A stretch of 32,000 nucleotides of DNA from Wolbachia endosymbiont of Cimex lectularius (GTDB lineage: Bacteria; Pseudomonadota; Alphaproteobacteria; Rickettsiales; Anaplasmataceae). The notes below the pieces were generated by a model, which did not search any database, was not told the origin of the DNA, and saw only the letters and a program-made list of their open reading frames with translations. This document shows positions 18,100-28,026 of the stretch, one piece after another (positions within the stretch are counted from its first letter, which is position 1; each line of letters begins with the position of its first letter). The position numbers and the translations under genes are program-made. Location: positions 737,574 through 769,573 of the forward strand of contig NZ_AP013028.1 of assembly GCF_000829315.1 (NCBI RefSeq). Reading direction: 5' to 3'.

Positions 18100-20142
18100 A
18101 TGGTTACTATTACAGAGTCAACAAAACATGTTGAAGAGTCTGTTAGTAAGCAAGCAAGTGAGCGTAAGCTAGGAGAGAAATTAAGTACTGGGCAAGATTG
18201 GTTAGAAACAGATGGATTGTATGAATTGGTTAGAGAGTGTTTATGTTTATTTCATAGTAGTACTTTAACAGATAGTGCTCAAGGCTCGTATGCTAATAAC
18301 CTAAATAATTTAGTACATTTATGGTTTGTTGACAAGTCTGATTTAACGGAAAGTCAAAAAAAGTTAAATAGAGAACTGTTGAGTATTCTTAACAACTATC
18401 TACTTCTTCGTCACCACAATAAAGACACAGGAAAAGTAAATCACCTTTTTGCAAACCATGAAGAACTTGAAAAATTTTTACAAAATAATAAGAACAATCA
18501 AGATCTAAAAACTGTTCTTAACTTAAAAAGAGGAGAATCCGGATTGACAGTATTGTATGTGGTGTCAAGTTTGGCTGTTAAACGTGAAGGAATAGATTTA
18601 CTCATAAAAGCTGGAGCTGATCCTAACGCAAAAAATGATAGAGGACAGACACCCTTACATTATGCTGTTACTGGTTTTAACGGTGTAGTTCCCCTCATAG
18701 AAGCAAAAGCTGATCCTAATGTACAGGATAATAAGGGAAGAACACCTTTACATTATGCTGCTTATTTTGGTTGTAATGGAAGTATAGATTTACTCCTAAA
18801 GGGCGAGGCTAAGTGTGATATACTTGATAAACAAGGAAAAACTCCGCGGCAAGTCGCAATTGATAATGGTCAATACCATGTTGAAAGATGCTTTTTCACT
18901 GACAACAAAAAAAGGTTGAGTGAAGAATTATATGGTATATTTGATAAATGTTATGAAGATAATTCTGGTCTCACTGCTAAGCTCAAAGAATTTTTGAGTA
19001 AGCACAAGAGTAATCAAGATCTGAAAGCAGTTTTGGATGTAGGGTTAGCAGATAATTTAACTTTTTTTGGTTCTGAAATAAAGGGCTTGTTTTTGGAGGC
19101 AGGAGCAACTGATCTAAAAGAACAAAATTGTGGTAAGGAAGAGCATTTGCTCAGGTCTAAAGATTTATGGAGTAATTTAACGCCAAATCAACAGATAAAG
19201 TTAGATGAGTTTTTAAGTAGAATATCTGACGCTCAAAATATGAGTCAACTAGAAAAAGTTGTAAACGAAGCTATGAGTTCTGGAATGAGGTTTAATTTTC
19301 CTATTCGTTCATATGGAGTGATATGCGAAGGTATGTACAACTTTGCAGATTGTGTAATGAAAAAAGCTAGTGAGCGAAATGAGTTAGAAAAGGATCCTAA
19401 AGTCGCTAGTAGTATAATATGTAAATTGGTATCAAGAGGAGTAACATTACATAAAGGACCTAGTATGGATGTGATCAACACATTGGAATTAAAGTTTAAA
19501 GACTATAAAGCTAATATAGTAAGAGCTTATGAAGACCATACAAAGCGTACTCTGGAATTTCTGAAAATTGTTAAAAGTGCAGCAAGTGGTCAATTGTGTG
19601 ATGTAAGAATAGACAATATCACCTCTTATTTAGAGTATTCTGAAGACAGCATAATAAATGTTGCAGAGATTACAAATGGGGCAAGGAATTTAGGACTAAC
19701 CCGGGGAGAAGTGGGATATGGAAGAGATATAATCAAGATTGGTAAAAGCGAGGTAGAAATTATAATAGAAAATGGTATAAGGAATTACACAGATCTTACA
19801 GATGATAGCGATATAGTATTAACTTTCTATACCAGTTTGGGAGAACTAGAAGTGAGGTTATACCCTGATACGCAAGACACAAATCTCATAAGGGTAGAAA
19901 TAAACAGTCAAGCTCTGCTAGAGCAATTAAAAAACTGCAATGAAAAAATAGGAAAGAATTGCTTACTGGGAAGGTTGCCAGTTAGCGAGGCTATAGAGCA
20001 AGGATCTTTTGTCAGATCTGGAAAATCAATGTGTTCTGAAGTGATAGGTCAATCTGATAGAAAGCAAATGGACTCTTGGGTAATGCGTGAAGAATTAAGA
20101 AGAATCCCAGGTACAGAAAGGGAAAAAGTTATTATGCCTTGA
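18100..20142 (+). CDS. Ankyrin-repeat protein with a long uncharacterised C-terminal region (680 aa from ATG 18100)
   Basis: LLIKAGADPNAKNDRGQTPLHYAVTG..., LIEAKADPNVQDNKGRTPLHYAAYFG..., LLLKGEAKCDILDKQGKTPRQVAIDNG. The start is preferred at 18100 because of the adjacent aggaggtggt; the listed start is 17992. Confidence 0.9.
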   Translation: MVTITESTKHVEESVSKQASERKLGEKLSTGQDWLETDGLYELVRECLCLFHSSTLTDSAQGSYANNLNNLVHLWFVDKSDLTESQKKLNRELLSILNNYLLLRHHNKDTGKVNHLFANHEELEKFLQNNKNNQDLKTVLNLKRGESGLTVLYVVSSLAVKREGIDLLIKAGADPNAKNDRGQTPLHYAVTGFNGVVPLIEAKADPNVQDNKGRTPLHYAAYFGCNGSIDLLLKGEAKCDILDKQGKTPRQVAIDNGQYHVERCFFTDNKKRLSEELYGIFDKCYEDNSGLTAKLKEFLSKHKSNQDLKAVLDVGLADNLTFFGSEIKGLFLEAGATDLKEQNCGKEEHLLRSKDLWSNLTPNQQIKLDEFLSRISDAQNMSQLEKVVNEAMSSGMRFNFPIRSYGVICEGMYNFADCVMKKASERNELEKDPKVASSIICKLVSRGVTLHKGPSMDVINTLELKFKDYKANIVRAYEDHTKRTLEFLKIVKSAASGQLCDVRIDNITSYLEYSEDSIINVAEITNGARNLGLTRGEVGYGRDIIKIGKSEVEIIIENGIRNYTDLTDDSDIVLTFYTSLGELEVRLYPDTQDTNLIRVEINSQALLEQLKNCNEKIGKNCLLGRLPVSEAIEQGSFVRSGKSMCSEVIGQSDRKQMDSWVMREELRRIPGTEREKVIMP

Positions 20143-20252
20143 GATTTGCCCTAGACAGTATGTCTAATCTTTTCTATTGTCCTGTTAATAAGGCAGTAAC
20201 TTAGCTTTTGTAGTTAATTAATTTTTGTGTTATAGAATAGTGTTTTTAATTT

Positions 20253-20753
20253 TTGCAGGGTAATATGTGGAACAGGGCGTGTAGAAAAGGAGTTATCTCA
20301 ATATTGAGTTTTTTGCTTGTTATCCTGGTCTTAGTGGTTGTAGTCCAAGTTTTTACCAGGGGCCGAAGTTGTGTCAAAGCTAGTGATCATGATATTGAAG
20401 CGTTGTTTAATCGTTGGAATGATTCGTTAAAAACTGGCGATGCCTACCAGGTTAACGCAAACTACACTGATGATGCAGTGTTGCTGCCAACTTTATCCTC
20501 TAGCCCTAGAACAACTAGTGCTCAGCGCGTTGATTACTTTAAAGATTTTTTAGCTAAATATCCAACTGCAGAAATTGAGTCACGCACTATAAACATTGGA
20601 TGTAATAAAGCTGTCGATACGGGCTTATATACCTTCAGACTGAAGGACGGAAAGGAGTTACGTGCTCGTTACACATTTACTTACAGATGGGACAAGAATA
20701 AATGGCTAATATCATCGCATCACTCTTCATTGCCACCTGAAAATCACTCGTAA
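20253..20753 (+). CDS. Membrane-anchored NTF2-like / DUF4440 (SgcJ/EcaC-type) domain protein
   Basis: N-terminal TM VISILSFLLVILVLVVVVQVF, then DIEALFNRWNDSLKTGDAYQVNANYTDDAVLLPTLS...YTFRLKDGKELRARYTFTYRWDKNKWLISSHHSSLP. Confidence 0.75.
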   Translation: MQGNMWNRACRKGVISILSFLLVILVLVVVVQVFTRGRSCVKASDHDIEALFNRWNDSLKTGDAYQVNANYTDDAVLLPTLSSSPRTTSAQRVDYFKDFLAKYPTAEIESRTINIGCNKAVDTGLYTFRLKDGKELRARYTFTYRWDKNKWLISSHHSSLPPENHS

Positions 20754-20907
20754 CTTTGGAGCTTTGGCATGGCTATCTATAGAACTTTCGTCATCGGGAA
20801 AGCAAATAAAATAGCATGATAAATTGGTTCAAACCTATAATCATAAGCAGAAAGCGCTAGATTTCTTGCATAACCACATCAAACCAGTTCTTGGCAGCGC
20901 TTTGGAT

Positions 20908-21365
20908 TCAACAGAAACAAAAAAACTACCTTGACAAATTTCTCCGGTTCCCTTATCATATTATTGAAGCTATTTATTTATTTTCGCAATCTGTGCAGGT
21001 TAATGACAAAAAACTTAGGGTATTTGGCGTCTCATGTTTAAATTTTTGCACTATGTGCACCTCACGTCTTTTTAAAACTTCTGGTTTTTACCTATACAAG
21101 CTGAAACGCGCTTATAAGTCGTTTAAGACAGTATAGAACGTCAAATAGACAAGGGAGAATTTGAATACTAGCTGCTCTAGGTTTCTTTTGCCTTTTTTTC
21201 TGCTCAGTAAATTTCTTAACGTTTACAGTTTGGGTTATTTGCATTTAAAAGTAGCTGAATCGTAGCGCTGAGAATAAAAACGCCGATATTTGAGGTACAT
21301 ATAAATAATTAGCCACCGACCAGGGTTTCTTTTGCCTTTTTCTCGTTTAGTAAATTTCTTAAGCA
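20908..21365 (+). repeat. Copy C of the dispersed intergenic repeat with a duplicated 3' module
   Basis: TTGACA 20932-20937, 17 bp, TATCAT 20955-20960. Shared body tttggcgtctcatg...gcactatgtgcac...acaagctgaaacgcgcttataagtcgtttaagac. Second 3' module at about 21266-21365. Confidence 0.85.
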
Positions 21366-21534
21366 TAAAGGTTATACCAACTTTCGTTATCAAACAAGAC
21401 ACATAATAAATTCACTAACCTAATCGTAGGAAGACTTTTTAATTTACTATTGGAATTTGGTATAATAATGAGGTTTGGTATAAGACAATGCTTCAGTTTG
21501 CAGGTGTTTGATCGTTAATACAAGTATATATTGA

Positions 21535-22260
21535 ATGGAAAAAATTAGACTTTACGTTGAGAAGGCGTTATCACAAGGTGTTAGTTTAGAGCTTAGTCCA
21601 AAGCAAAGTCACTATGTTTGCAACGTCATGCGACTTAAGAAGAATGCCAATATTTCTTTTTTTAACGGAAGGGATGGAGAGTGGTTAGGAGAAATAGTTG
21701 ATACATCGCGTAAATTAGCAAAAGCCACACTTAAAGAATGCACCAAACGACAGCAATATGAAGAAAATTTATATCTATATTGTGCTATGGTAAAAAATGT
21801 CGCTTTAGGCAACATAATAAGGCAGGCAACTGAAATGGGGGTAACCTGCATCCAATTTATTTCGACGGAGCATACAGTAGTAAAAAATGTTAATCCGGGT
21901 AGAGCAAAATTACAGGCAATTGAAGCGGCAGAACAGTGTGGTAGAACAAGTGTGCCAGAGATTTTGCCTCCTATTAATTTTCGTGATTTACCTGACTCTC
22001 AGGATAGAAGTTTTATTTTATGTGATGAAACAGGGCAGGGAAAGCCTCCTAATGAAGTTCTGAAGAACAAAAAAAATATTGCTATTATTGTTGGTCCTGA
22101 AGGTGGTTTCTCACACAATGAACTTAGCTTTGCTGATAAGTTCTGTCAGAAATTAAGTCTAGGGAAGAGAATTTTAAGGGTAGAGACTGCTGTAGTTGCT
22201 GCACTTACTTTGGCCAGTGTAAGCACTATTCACCTGTACAGGGTTGCTGACGAAACTTAG
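21535..22260 (+). CDS. rsmE: 16S rRNA (uracil-1498-N3)-methyltransferase
   Basis: HYVCNVMRLKKNANISFFNGRDGEWLG, KMVKNVALGNIIRQATEMGVT, IIVGPEGGFSHNELSFADKF..LGKRILRVETAVVAALTL. Confidence 0.93.
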   Translation: MEKIRLYVEKALSQGVSLELSPKQSHYVCNVMRLKKNANISFFNGRDGEWLGEIVDTSRKLAKATLKECTKRQQYEENLYLYCAMVKNVALGNIIRQATEMGVTCIQFISTEHTVVKNVNPGRAKLQAIEAAEQCGRTSVPEILPPINFRDLPDSQDRSFILCDETGQGKPPNEVLKNKKNIAIIVGPEGGFSHNELSFADKFCQKLSLGKRILRVETAVVAALTLASVSTIHLYRVADET

Positions 22261-24651
22261 AGGTGAATGACAATGATTATTATAACTTTCCTTACCGTTA
22301 TCATATTCGTTGTCAATGCTCAAAGATCTGGATAGTTTTCTCTTCTTTGGTGGAACATTATCAGGATCATTAAGAACATCTGCCGTTATTGTATATGCTT
22401 GATTGAGGTCAATTTGTTTACTGGCAAGTGGACGAATGTCTTTTTCCAGTGCTTCTGCTTGATTACGGAAAACTTCCCCTTCTTTCTTGTTTTGTAATTC
22501 GCCCTTCAGATTTTCAACTTCCTGAACTTTATCTGCAATTATTTTTCTCAAATCATTAATCTCTATATCTTGTTCTTTTAATAATGTATGATACTTTTTG
22601 CGCGTTTCTCTCTCATTCTCTAGCTCGTTTTCCAACTCTTCAATTTCATGCTCTGACTTTCCTATTGCATATATATAAAACTCCTTTGCTTCTTGATTTT
22701 CTTGTTTTAATCTCTGCAGTTGAACACACAAGTCTTGCATAGTTTTATGATTTTCACTTATTACTAGTTCTGTGTCTTCATATGTTTGCTTTTCTGCTCT
22801 TTTTGATTTTTCCAGCTCATCCTTTAACTTCCTGTTTTGTATGTCAACAAGTTTTAACTTTTCCTCTAGTTCTTTATTTTTCTCACAGAGCTTTTGAACT
22901 TTCTGCTCTTGCTCCTCATTAATTTGGATTATCTTCTCACGTGTTTTGCCTATTTCTTTTTTGAGTTTCTGTTCCTCTTCTTTATACTCAGCTTGTAAAC
23001 TATTATTCTCTTCCCCTAGTTTTTCAATTTCTTGTCTGGCTTTTATAAGTTCCTGATTTGATTTTATTTGTTTTGCTGTACTATTGCTTAACCTATTACT
23101 TAATGCTTGCTTTTCTCCTTCCAATGATAGTAACGCTTCTTCCAAACCTGATATCTTTTGCAAAAGCTGTTCTTTTTCTTTCTCTAGTCCCTTGTTAGAG
23201 CGTTCTAACTTGTCGTTCTCGTCCTCTAATTTATAATTTTTCTCTTTCAATTGATTTAGTTCTTCTTGCAATTTACTTATCAACTCTTCCTTTTCTGCAT
23301 TAGCAACTTCCATCTTTTTCTTTTGGTCTTCCTTTTCTTCACGCACATTTTCAAGTTCTTGTGTTTTCTTCTGTAGATTTGCTGATGTATTTGCTAACTC
23401 TTTATTTTTTTGTTTTAATTCAACTTGCAATTTTGCATTTTTTTGCTCCTCCTTTCTAAATTCATTTTGTAAATCATTACTATACTTTTCTAACTCTACA
23501 TTTTTTTGCTTCTCTTTTTCAAGCTCACTCTGTAAGTCGCTGCTCCTTCCCTTCAACTTTTCAATCTCTTGCTTCATTGCTTCAATCTTCTCATTTAATT
23601 TCTCTACTTCTTTTCTAGATTCCTCATGTATTTTATTCTTTTCTACTTGTAAATTTTCAATCTTTCTCTCTTGTACTTCAATTGCTTGCTTAGCTCGTTC
23701 GAGCTCACGTTGTAAATCATTCCTCTGCTTGTTTAACTCTTTAATTTCTTGCTGAGTTGCAACCTGCTGTAGATCAACCTCTGTTTGAGTTGATGCATCG
23801 CTATTAGTAGGAGAAATAGGGCTATTGTCAGCATTATTTTCTAAGCCTTGCCTATCTAATTCCTTGTCTTGATCGACCTTTATAGATTCATTATTTTGTA
23901 GGTTATTATTAGCAACTGGCACAACATCGGGCAATGGTACATTTTTATTTCTTTCCAATAACGCTTTCACGGCATCATATAAAGAGAGGCGTTGAATGTA
24001 TAACTCGCGGTTTTGCTCTATTAACCCTAGAACTTCATCTGACGCCGTAAAACTTCTACCATTAAATCCCAGTATTTCAGTGATGCCATCATTACTTACG
24101 TTCATAACCATGGTACAAGTTGAAACTACCTTTCCGGACTCATCTTTTATAGGCCAAGTGCTTGTCATTTCGTAATACGCACCCTCTTTAAATTCATAAT
24201 GTCTTTCCTTACCTTTTCGAACGGCATGTATTTCATGTTTCTTATCGCAATATACATTCAATTCACTAATATTTTTTTCTTGCTGTAAAATATCACTGAT
24301 TCTTATTGGTTCATTTCCATCATGGTTAGTAAGGTTAATGTTTAAAATTCTGTCAGCGTCATTAGTTTCTGTATAATAAGCCTGAAGCTCTATGTCTTTC
24401 CTTTCAAAATATTTACTTACAGCTTTTTTTGCCTGGTTTGCTAGTTCTATGTAGTGATCCAAGTCTTTCTGACAGCTTTCGTTGAAAGATTTGTCTATAC
24501 ACGCTTGCTTAAAATCCTCATCATTCATTAAGTCTCTTAACAGATCGTAAAATTCCCATTCATCCTGACAATCTTTCCTTAAAACAGTAATGCTGTTTTT
24601 TTCCTTTAGCTCTGCTAATATTTCTTTCAACGTCAGAAAATTTGTTGGCAT
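22174..24651 (-). CDS. Large coiled-coil protein (825 aa), candidate secreted/effector-like protein with an NLS-like motif
   Basis: Uninterrupted heptad-like Leu/Glu/Lys-rich region (about residues 270-750) between a globular-looking N-terminus and a polar tail containing PPKKRKLSRSLS. Confidence 0.88.
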   Translation of the reverse strand: MPTNFLTLKEILAELKEKNSITVLRKDCQDEWEFYDLLRDLMNDEDFKQACIDKSFNESCQKDLDHYIELANQAKKAVSKYFERKDIELQAYYTETNDADRILNINLTNHDGNEPIRISDILQQEKNISELNVYCDKKHEIHAVRKGKERHYEFKEGAYYEMTSTWPIKDESGKVVSTCTMVMNVSNDGITEILGFNGRSFTASDEVLGLIEQNRELYIQRLSLYDAVKALLERNKNVPLPDVVPVANNNLQNNESIKVDQDKELDRQGLENNADNSPISPTNSDASTQTEVDLQQVATQQEIKELNKQRNDLQRELERAKQAIEVQERKIENLQVEKNKIHEESRKEVEKLNEKIEAMKQEIEKLKGRSSDLQSELEKEKQKNVELEKYSNDLQNEFRKEEQKNAKLQVELKQKNKELANTSANLQKKTQELENVREEKEDQKKKMEVANAEKEELISKLQEELNQLKEKNYKLEDENDKLERSNKGLEKEKEQLLQKISGLEEALLSLEGEKQALSNRLSNSTAKQIKSNQELIKARQEIEKLGEENNSLQAEYKEEEQKLKKEIGKTREKIIQINEEQEQKVQKLCEKNKELEEKLKLVDIQNRKLKDELEKSKRAEKQTYEDTELVISENHKTMQDLCVQLQRLKQENQEAKEFYIYAIGKSEHEIEELENELENERETRKKYHTLLKEQDIEINDLRKIIADKVQEVENLKGELQNKKEGEVFRNQAEALEKDIRPLASKQIDLNQAYTITADVLNDPDNVPPKKRKLSRSLSIDNEYDNGKESYNNHCHSPLSFVSNPVQVNSAYTGQSKCSNYSSLYP

Positions 24652-25004
24652 AGTATACCTCCTTTACTATATCCCCCTGAGAATAGCTAGACTATTAAAG
24701 CTTTTTCTATATTAACTTTTGTGATTAAATTCCAGCTTGGCTCTTTCGCTTTTGTTACATACTGAACTTACCTTACTATATCTACAGTACTACTTTAATA
24801 ATAGCATTATACCTTAAGTTATGCAAGAATTTTCTTGGATATAAGAACTGATATAGGGTGCTGTGGAAACACCCTTCAAAAAATTTGGATATCTATTGAG
24901 AACAGTTAAGATTTTTCATTCATTCTCAGATATCTAGCCACTTTTCAAATCACTTTTTCTTACTTTTTATATTTGAATTTCTAAAAAATAGAAGAATGTA
25001 CATT

Positions 25005-26237
25005 TTATAGCACTCTGCTTCTCTCTTTGAAAGTATTGATCTTTTTCTTACTATATTTAGTTTTCAGTACACTTGGTCTTTTAAAGTTTTTTTTACTACT
25101 ACGTTTTTTGAATTGCACGTTGGAGTCAAAATTTAACTCCCCTTTTTTGTCTGTAAGTGCAGGTAGCTTTCTCTTATCTTGAGGTGTAATGAAAGATAAT
25201 GCGTATCCTTCAGCTCCAGCGCGTGCAGTCCTACCTATGCGATGAATGTAGTCAGCTTGCGATTGTGGTACATCATAATTGATAACGTGTTGTATGTGGG
25301 GAATATCAAGACCACGAGAAGCAACGTCCGTTGCAACCGTAATTTGATTGCGACCGCGACGAAAAGAATTGATGACTCTTTCGCGTTTGTGCTGTCTTAA
25401 GTCACCATGAATTGCTAAAGTGCTATAGTTATCTTCGCGCAATTTGTTAGCCAGCTGATCTGCTCCTTGCTTTGTTTTGACAAAAATAATGATTGATCCT
25501 TCACGCTGACATAGTTGTGTAACAAGTTTGCCATACTTTTCTGATTCTGATGCATAAATAATTTCTTGCTTGATTTTCGTAGAAGTTGTAGCTTCATGCT
25601 CAACAGAAACACGTTCTGGCTGACTGAGGTATTTCTCAGCAAGTTTAACTATATCACCAGGAAGAGTTGCAGAGAACATTAGAGTTTGCCGTGTTTTTGG
25701 CAGATATTTCATAATCTCTTCAATTTGAATTCCAAAACCCATATCGAACATACGGTCTGTTTCATCAAGCACAAGAGTGTTGATATTGTGAGTAATCAAA
25801 GTTTTACGTGCAATATGGTCTATAATACGACCAGGAGTACCTATTACAATTCGCGGCTTTTTCCGAAGCTGATTTAGCTGCTTGAAGATAGGCTCACCAC
25901 CAATTAGTAAGGCAATCTTTAACACGGAATTTTGAAATAAGAGTTTTCTTACCTCATTCGTTACCTGCTGTGCTAACTCTCGGGTTGGTACTATAACTAA
26001 GGCTGAACTAGCATTAGACTCATCTAATAACTTAGCAACCAACGGAATAGCAAACGCCAAAGTTTTTCCAGTTCCTGTTTGAGCAGATCCGAGAATATCT
26101 TTACCTTGTAGAGCTAAAGGAATTGCCTGTGTTTGAATCGGAGTTGGAACAGAAAGATTGTGTTTGTCTAGAGCTCGCCTGAGCAAAACTGGAAGATTCA
26201 TCTCCTGAAAGCTGCTCACAAAAACTTTTACCATCAA
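25005..26237 (-). CDS. rhlE: DEAD-box ATP-dependent RNA helicase (RhlE-like)
   Basis: PTPIQTQAIPLALQGKDILGSAQTGTGKTLAFAIPL, VLDETDRMFDMGF, MFSATLP, ATDVASRGLDIPHIQHVINYDVP, YIHRIGRTARAG. A likely start is the internal MNLP. Confidence 0.94.
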   Translation of the reverse strand: MMVKVFVSSFQEMNLPVLLRRALDKHNLSVPTPIQTQAIPLALQGKDILGSAQTGTGKTLAFAIPLVAKLLDESNASSALVIVPTRELAQQVTNEVRKLLFQNSVLKIALLIGGEPIFKQLNQLRKKPRIVIGTPGRIIDHIARKTLITHNINTLVLDETDRMFDMGFGIQIEEIMKYLPKTRQTLMFSATLPGDIVKLAEKYLSQPERVSVEHEATTSTKIKQEIIYASESEKYGKLVTQLCQREGSIIIFVKTKQGADQLANKLREDNYSTLAIHGDLRQHKRERVINSFRRGRNQITVATDVASRGLDIPHIQHVINYDVPQSQADYIHRIGRTARAGAEGYALSFITPQDKRKLPALTDKKGELNFDSNVQFKKRSSKKNFKRPSVLKTKYSKKKINTFKERSRVL

Positions 26238-26244
26238 AATACGA

Positions 26245-26499
26245 TTAGTCTTCTAGCAACTTTAAGTTTATTGCAGATTTTTTCTCTTCTCCATTTCTAC
26301 CTAGCTCCTCTTTGAGCTCATAGCTTACTCTTTCTCCTTTTATTCCCTTCTCCTTATTTTCTCCTCTGAGTGAATCAGGTCTTATTCCTGAACGCTCTAA
26401 CGTACTGATATGTACGAAAACATCACTTCCTTTAGCCTCTGGCTTAATAAAACCATAACCTTTTTCGGCATTAAACCACTTTATGTTACCAAATTCCAT
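26245..26499 (-). CDS. cspA: Cold-shock domain protein
   Basis: GNIKWFNAEKGYGFIKPEAKGSDVFVHISTLERSG (RNP1/RNP2 of CSD proteins). Confidence 0.94.
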   Translation of the reverse strand: MEFGNIKWFNAEKGYGFIKPEAKGSDVFVHISTLERSGIRPDSLRGENKEKGIKGERVSYELKEELGRNGEEKKSAINLKLLED

Positions 26500-26673
26500 T
26501 TGAACAACTCCTAAAATTATTAACTAACATTACTAATGTGATGAAAAACTTTGAAATTATAATTGGGAATGCCCGAAGCTTAGTCATTAAAACTAAACTT
26601 CCATACTCCATAGTCTATCCTAACATTACACAGTCATGGTACACAATTATTGTACCTGATGCAACTAAATTTT

Positions 26674-28008
26674 CTAGTTGTTAAGCGAGCCTGCAACTGT
26701 CATTTCACTAACTTTAATCGTTGGTGAATTAAATTGCCCACAAAAAGTTAAATCGTTTGCAACAACTAAGTTGCTAAACATGTCTTTTAAATTGCTAGCA
26801 ACAGTAATCTCGTGTATTGGATACGTTATTTTTCCATTCTCTATAAAAAATCCTGATGCGCCTTGACTGTAATCACCATTGATTAGATTAACACCAAAAC
26901 CAAATAAATCAGTTATGTATATTCCCTCTTTCACTTCCTCAATTAATTCCTCAAATGATATATTGCTATTTTCAATATAAAGGTTACTAGCTGCAGGAGC
27001 AATTGCGGCATTACCTGCACGAGTTGCATTTCCTGTTGTTTCCGAGTTTAATTTTTTAGCCGAATATAGATCTAAAATCCAATTTTGTAGTACTCCATTC
27101 TTTACAAGTACATTTTTCCTGCTGGTTATTCCTTCTCCATCAAATGGTCTTGATTCTATACCCCTTGGCAATAATGGGTCATCAATAATGTTGATTCTAT
27201 CGTTGAAAATCTGAGTATTTAAACTATTTCTCAAGAAAGAGCTGTTACTTACAATGTTACTGCCATTTATAGCGGAAGCGAAACTTTTCACTAACTCTTT
27301 TGCTGCTCTTTTTTCAAAAATAACCGGAAATTTACCAGTTTTGATTGTGCGTGAATTCAATTGATCAATAGCTCTTTTTGCTGCCTCTTTTCCTATTAAT
27401 TCTGGTGACTTTAAATCGCAGAAATTGCACGCTACATCGTAGTCATAGCCAACCTTCATTTCACTTTCTTCTCCAGCAACAACGGAAACTTGATTAACAA
27501 AGGTCGATTTGCTAAATGAGCCAATAAAACCAGAAACGGTAGATAATGCTGTGTTTACTAAGGTATGTGAAGAAGAGGCCCCTTCGGAGTTAATGATATT
27601 TTTATGTGCAAGAGCTGAATTTTCTGCGGCTTCAGCAATCCCTTTTAAATTATCAATAGTTACAACATTATTGTCTAAAATACCTAAGTCTGCAGAAGAG
27701 GTGTAATTATCTCCACCTATGGCAAAATTAATGTAAGGATCTTCTGGTGCGTTCTTTGCCATTTCTACTACTTGATTGACCGTATTGCCAAGGTTGTTTA
27801 AATCGTTTGTAGAAATATACGCAACTTTGGTCTTGCCTGCTATAGCTCTAATTCCTATCGTGCAATTCTTAGATTGTGATATTTGTTCAATTTTTGATAG
27901 CCGCTGAGAAACCGAGATTTTGTTGGTTTCATATATTGTAACTTCTGCATCTTGGTTCTGCTTTTTTATTAGCTTGATGATATCTGCTGCAATATTTAGT
28001 ATATTCAT
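26674..28008 (-). CDS. pmbA: TldE/PmbA family metalloprotease subunit
   Basis: ISQSKNCTIGIRAIAGKTKVAYISTNDL, RPFDGEGITSRKNVLVKNGVLQNWILDLYSAKKLNSETTGNA, DLFGFGVNLINGDYSQGASGFFIENGKITYPI. Confidence 0.93.
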   Translation of the reverse strand: MNILNIAADIIKLIKKQNQDAEVTIYETNKISVSQRLSKIEQISQSKNCTIGIRAIAGKTKVAYISTNDLNNLGNTVNQVVEMAKNAPEDPYINFAIGGDNYTSSADLGILDNNVVTIDNLKGIAEAAENSALAHKNIINSEGASSSHTLVNTALSTVSGFIGSFSKSTFVNQVSVVAGEESEMKVGYDYDVACNFCDLKSPELIGKEAAKRAIDQLNSRTIKTGKFPVIFEKRAAKELVKSFASAINGSNIVSNSSFLRNSLNTQIFNDRINIIDDPLLPRGIESRPFDGEGITSRKNVLVKNGVLQNWILDLYSAKKLNSETTGNATRAGNAAIAPAASNLYIENSNISFEELIEEVKEGIYITDLFGFGVNLINGDYSQGASGFFIENGKITYPIHEITVASNLKDMFSNLVVANDLTFCGQFNSPTIKVSEMTVAGSLNN

Positions 28009-28026
28009 TTCTTACCCCTTAGGTTT

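Noticed and set aside
11918-20142. The two large hypothetical genes as a cifA/cifB-type toxin-antidote pair
   Set aside because: They are 4 kb apart with petA, gyrA and tRNA-Val between them, and neither shows an OTU, Ulp1-like deubiquitinase or PD-(D/E)XK nuclease motif by eye.
22174-24651. The coiled-coil protein as an SMC/RecN-type ATPase
   Set aside because: No Walker A (GxxGxGKS/T) or ABC signature motif is present at either end; only the coiled coil resembles SMC proteins.
26678-27706. Plus-strand ORFs overlapping pmbA
   Set aside because: Shadow ORFs opposite a conserved metalloprotease gene.
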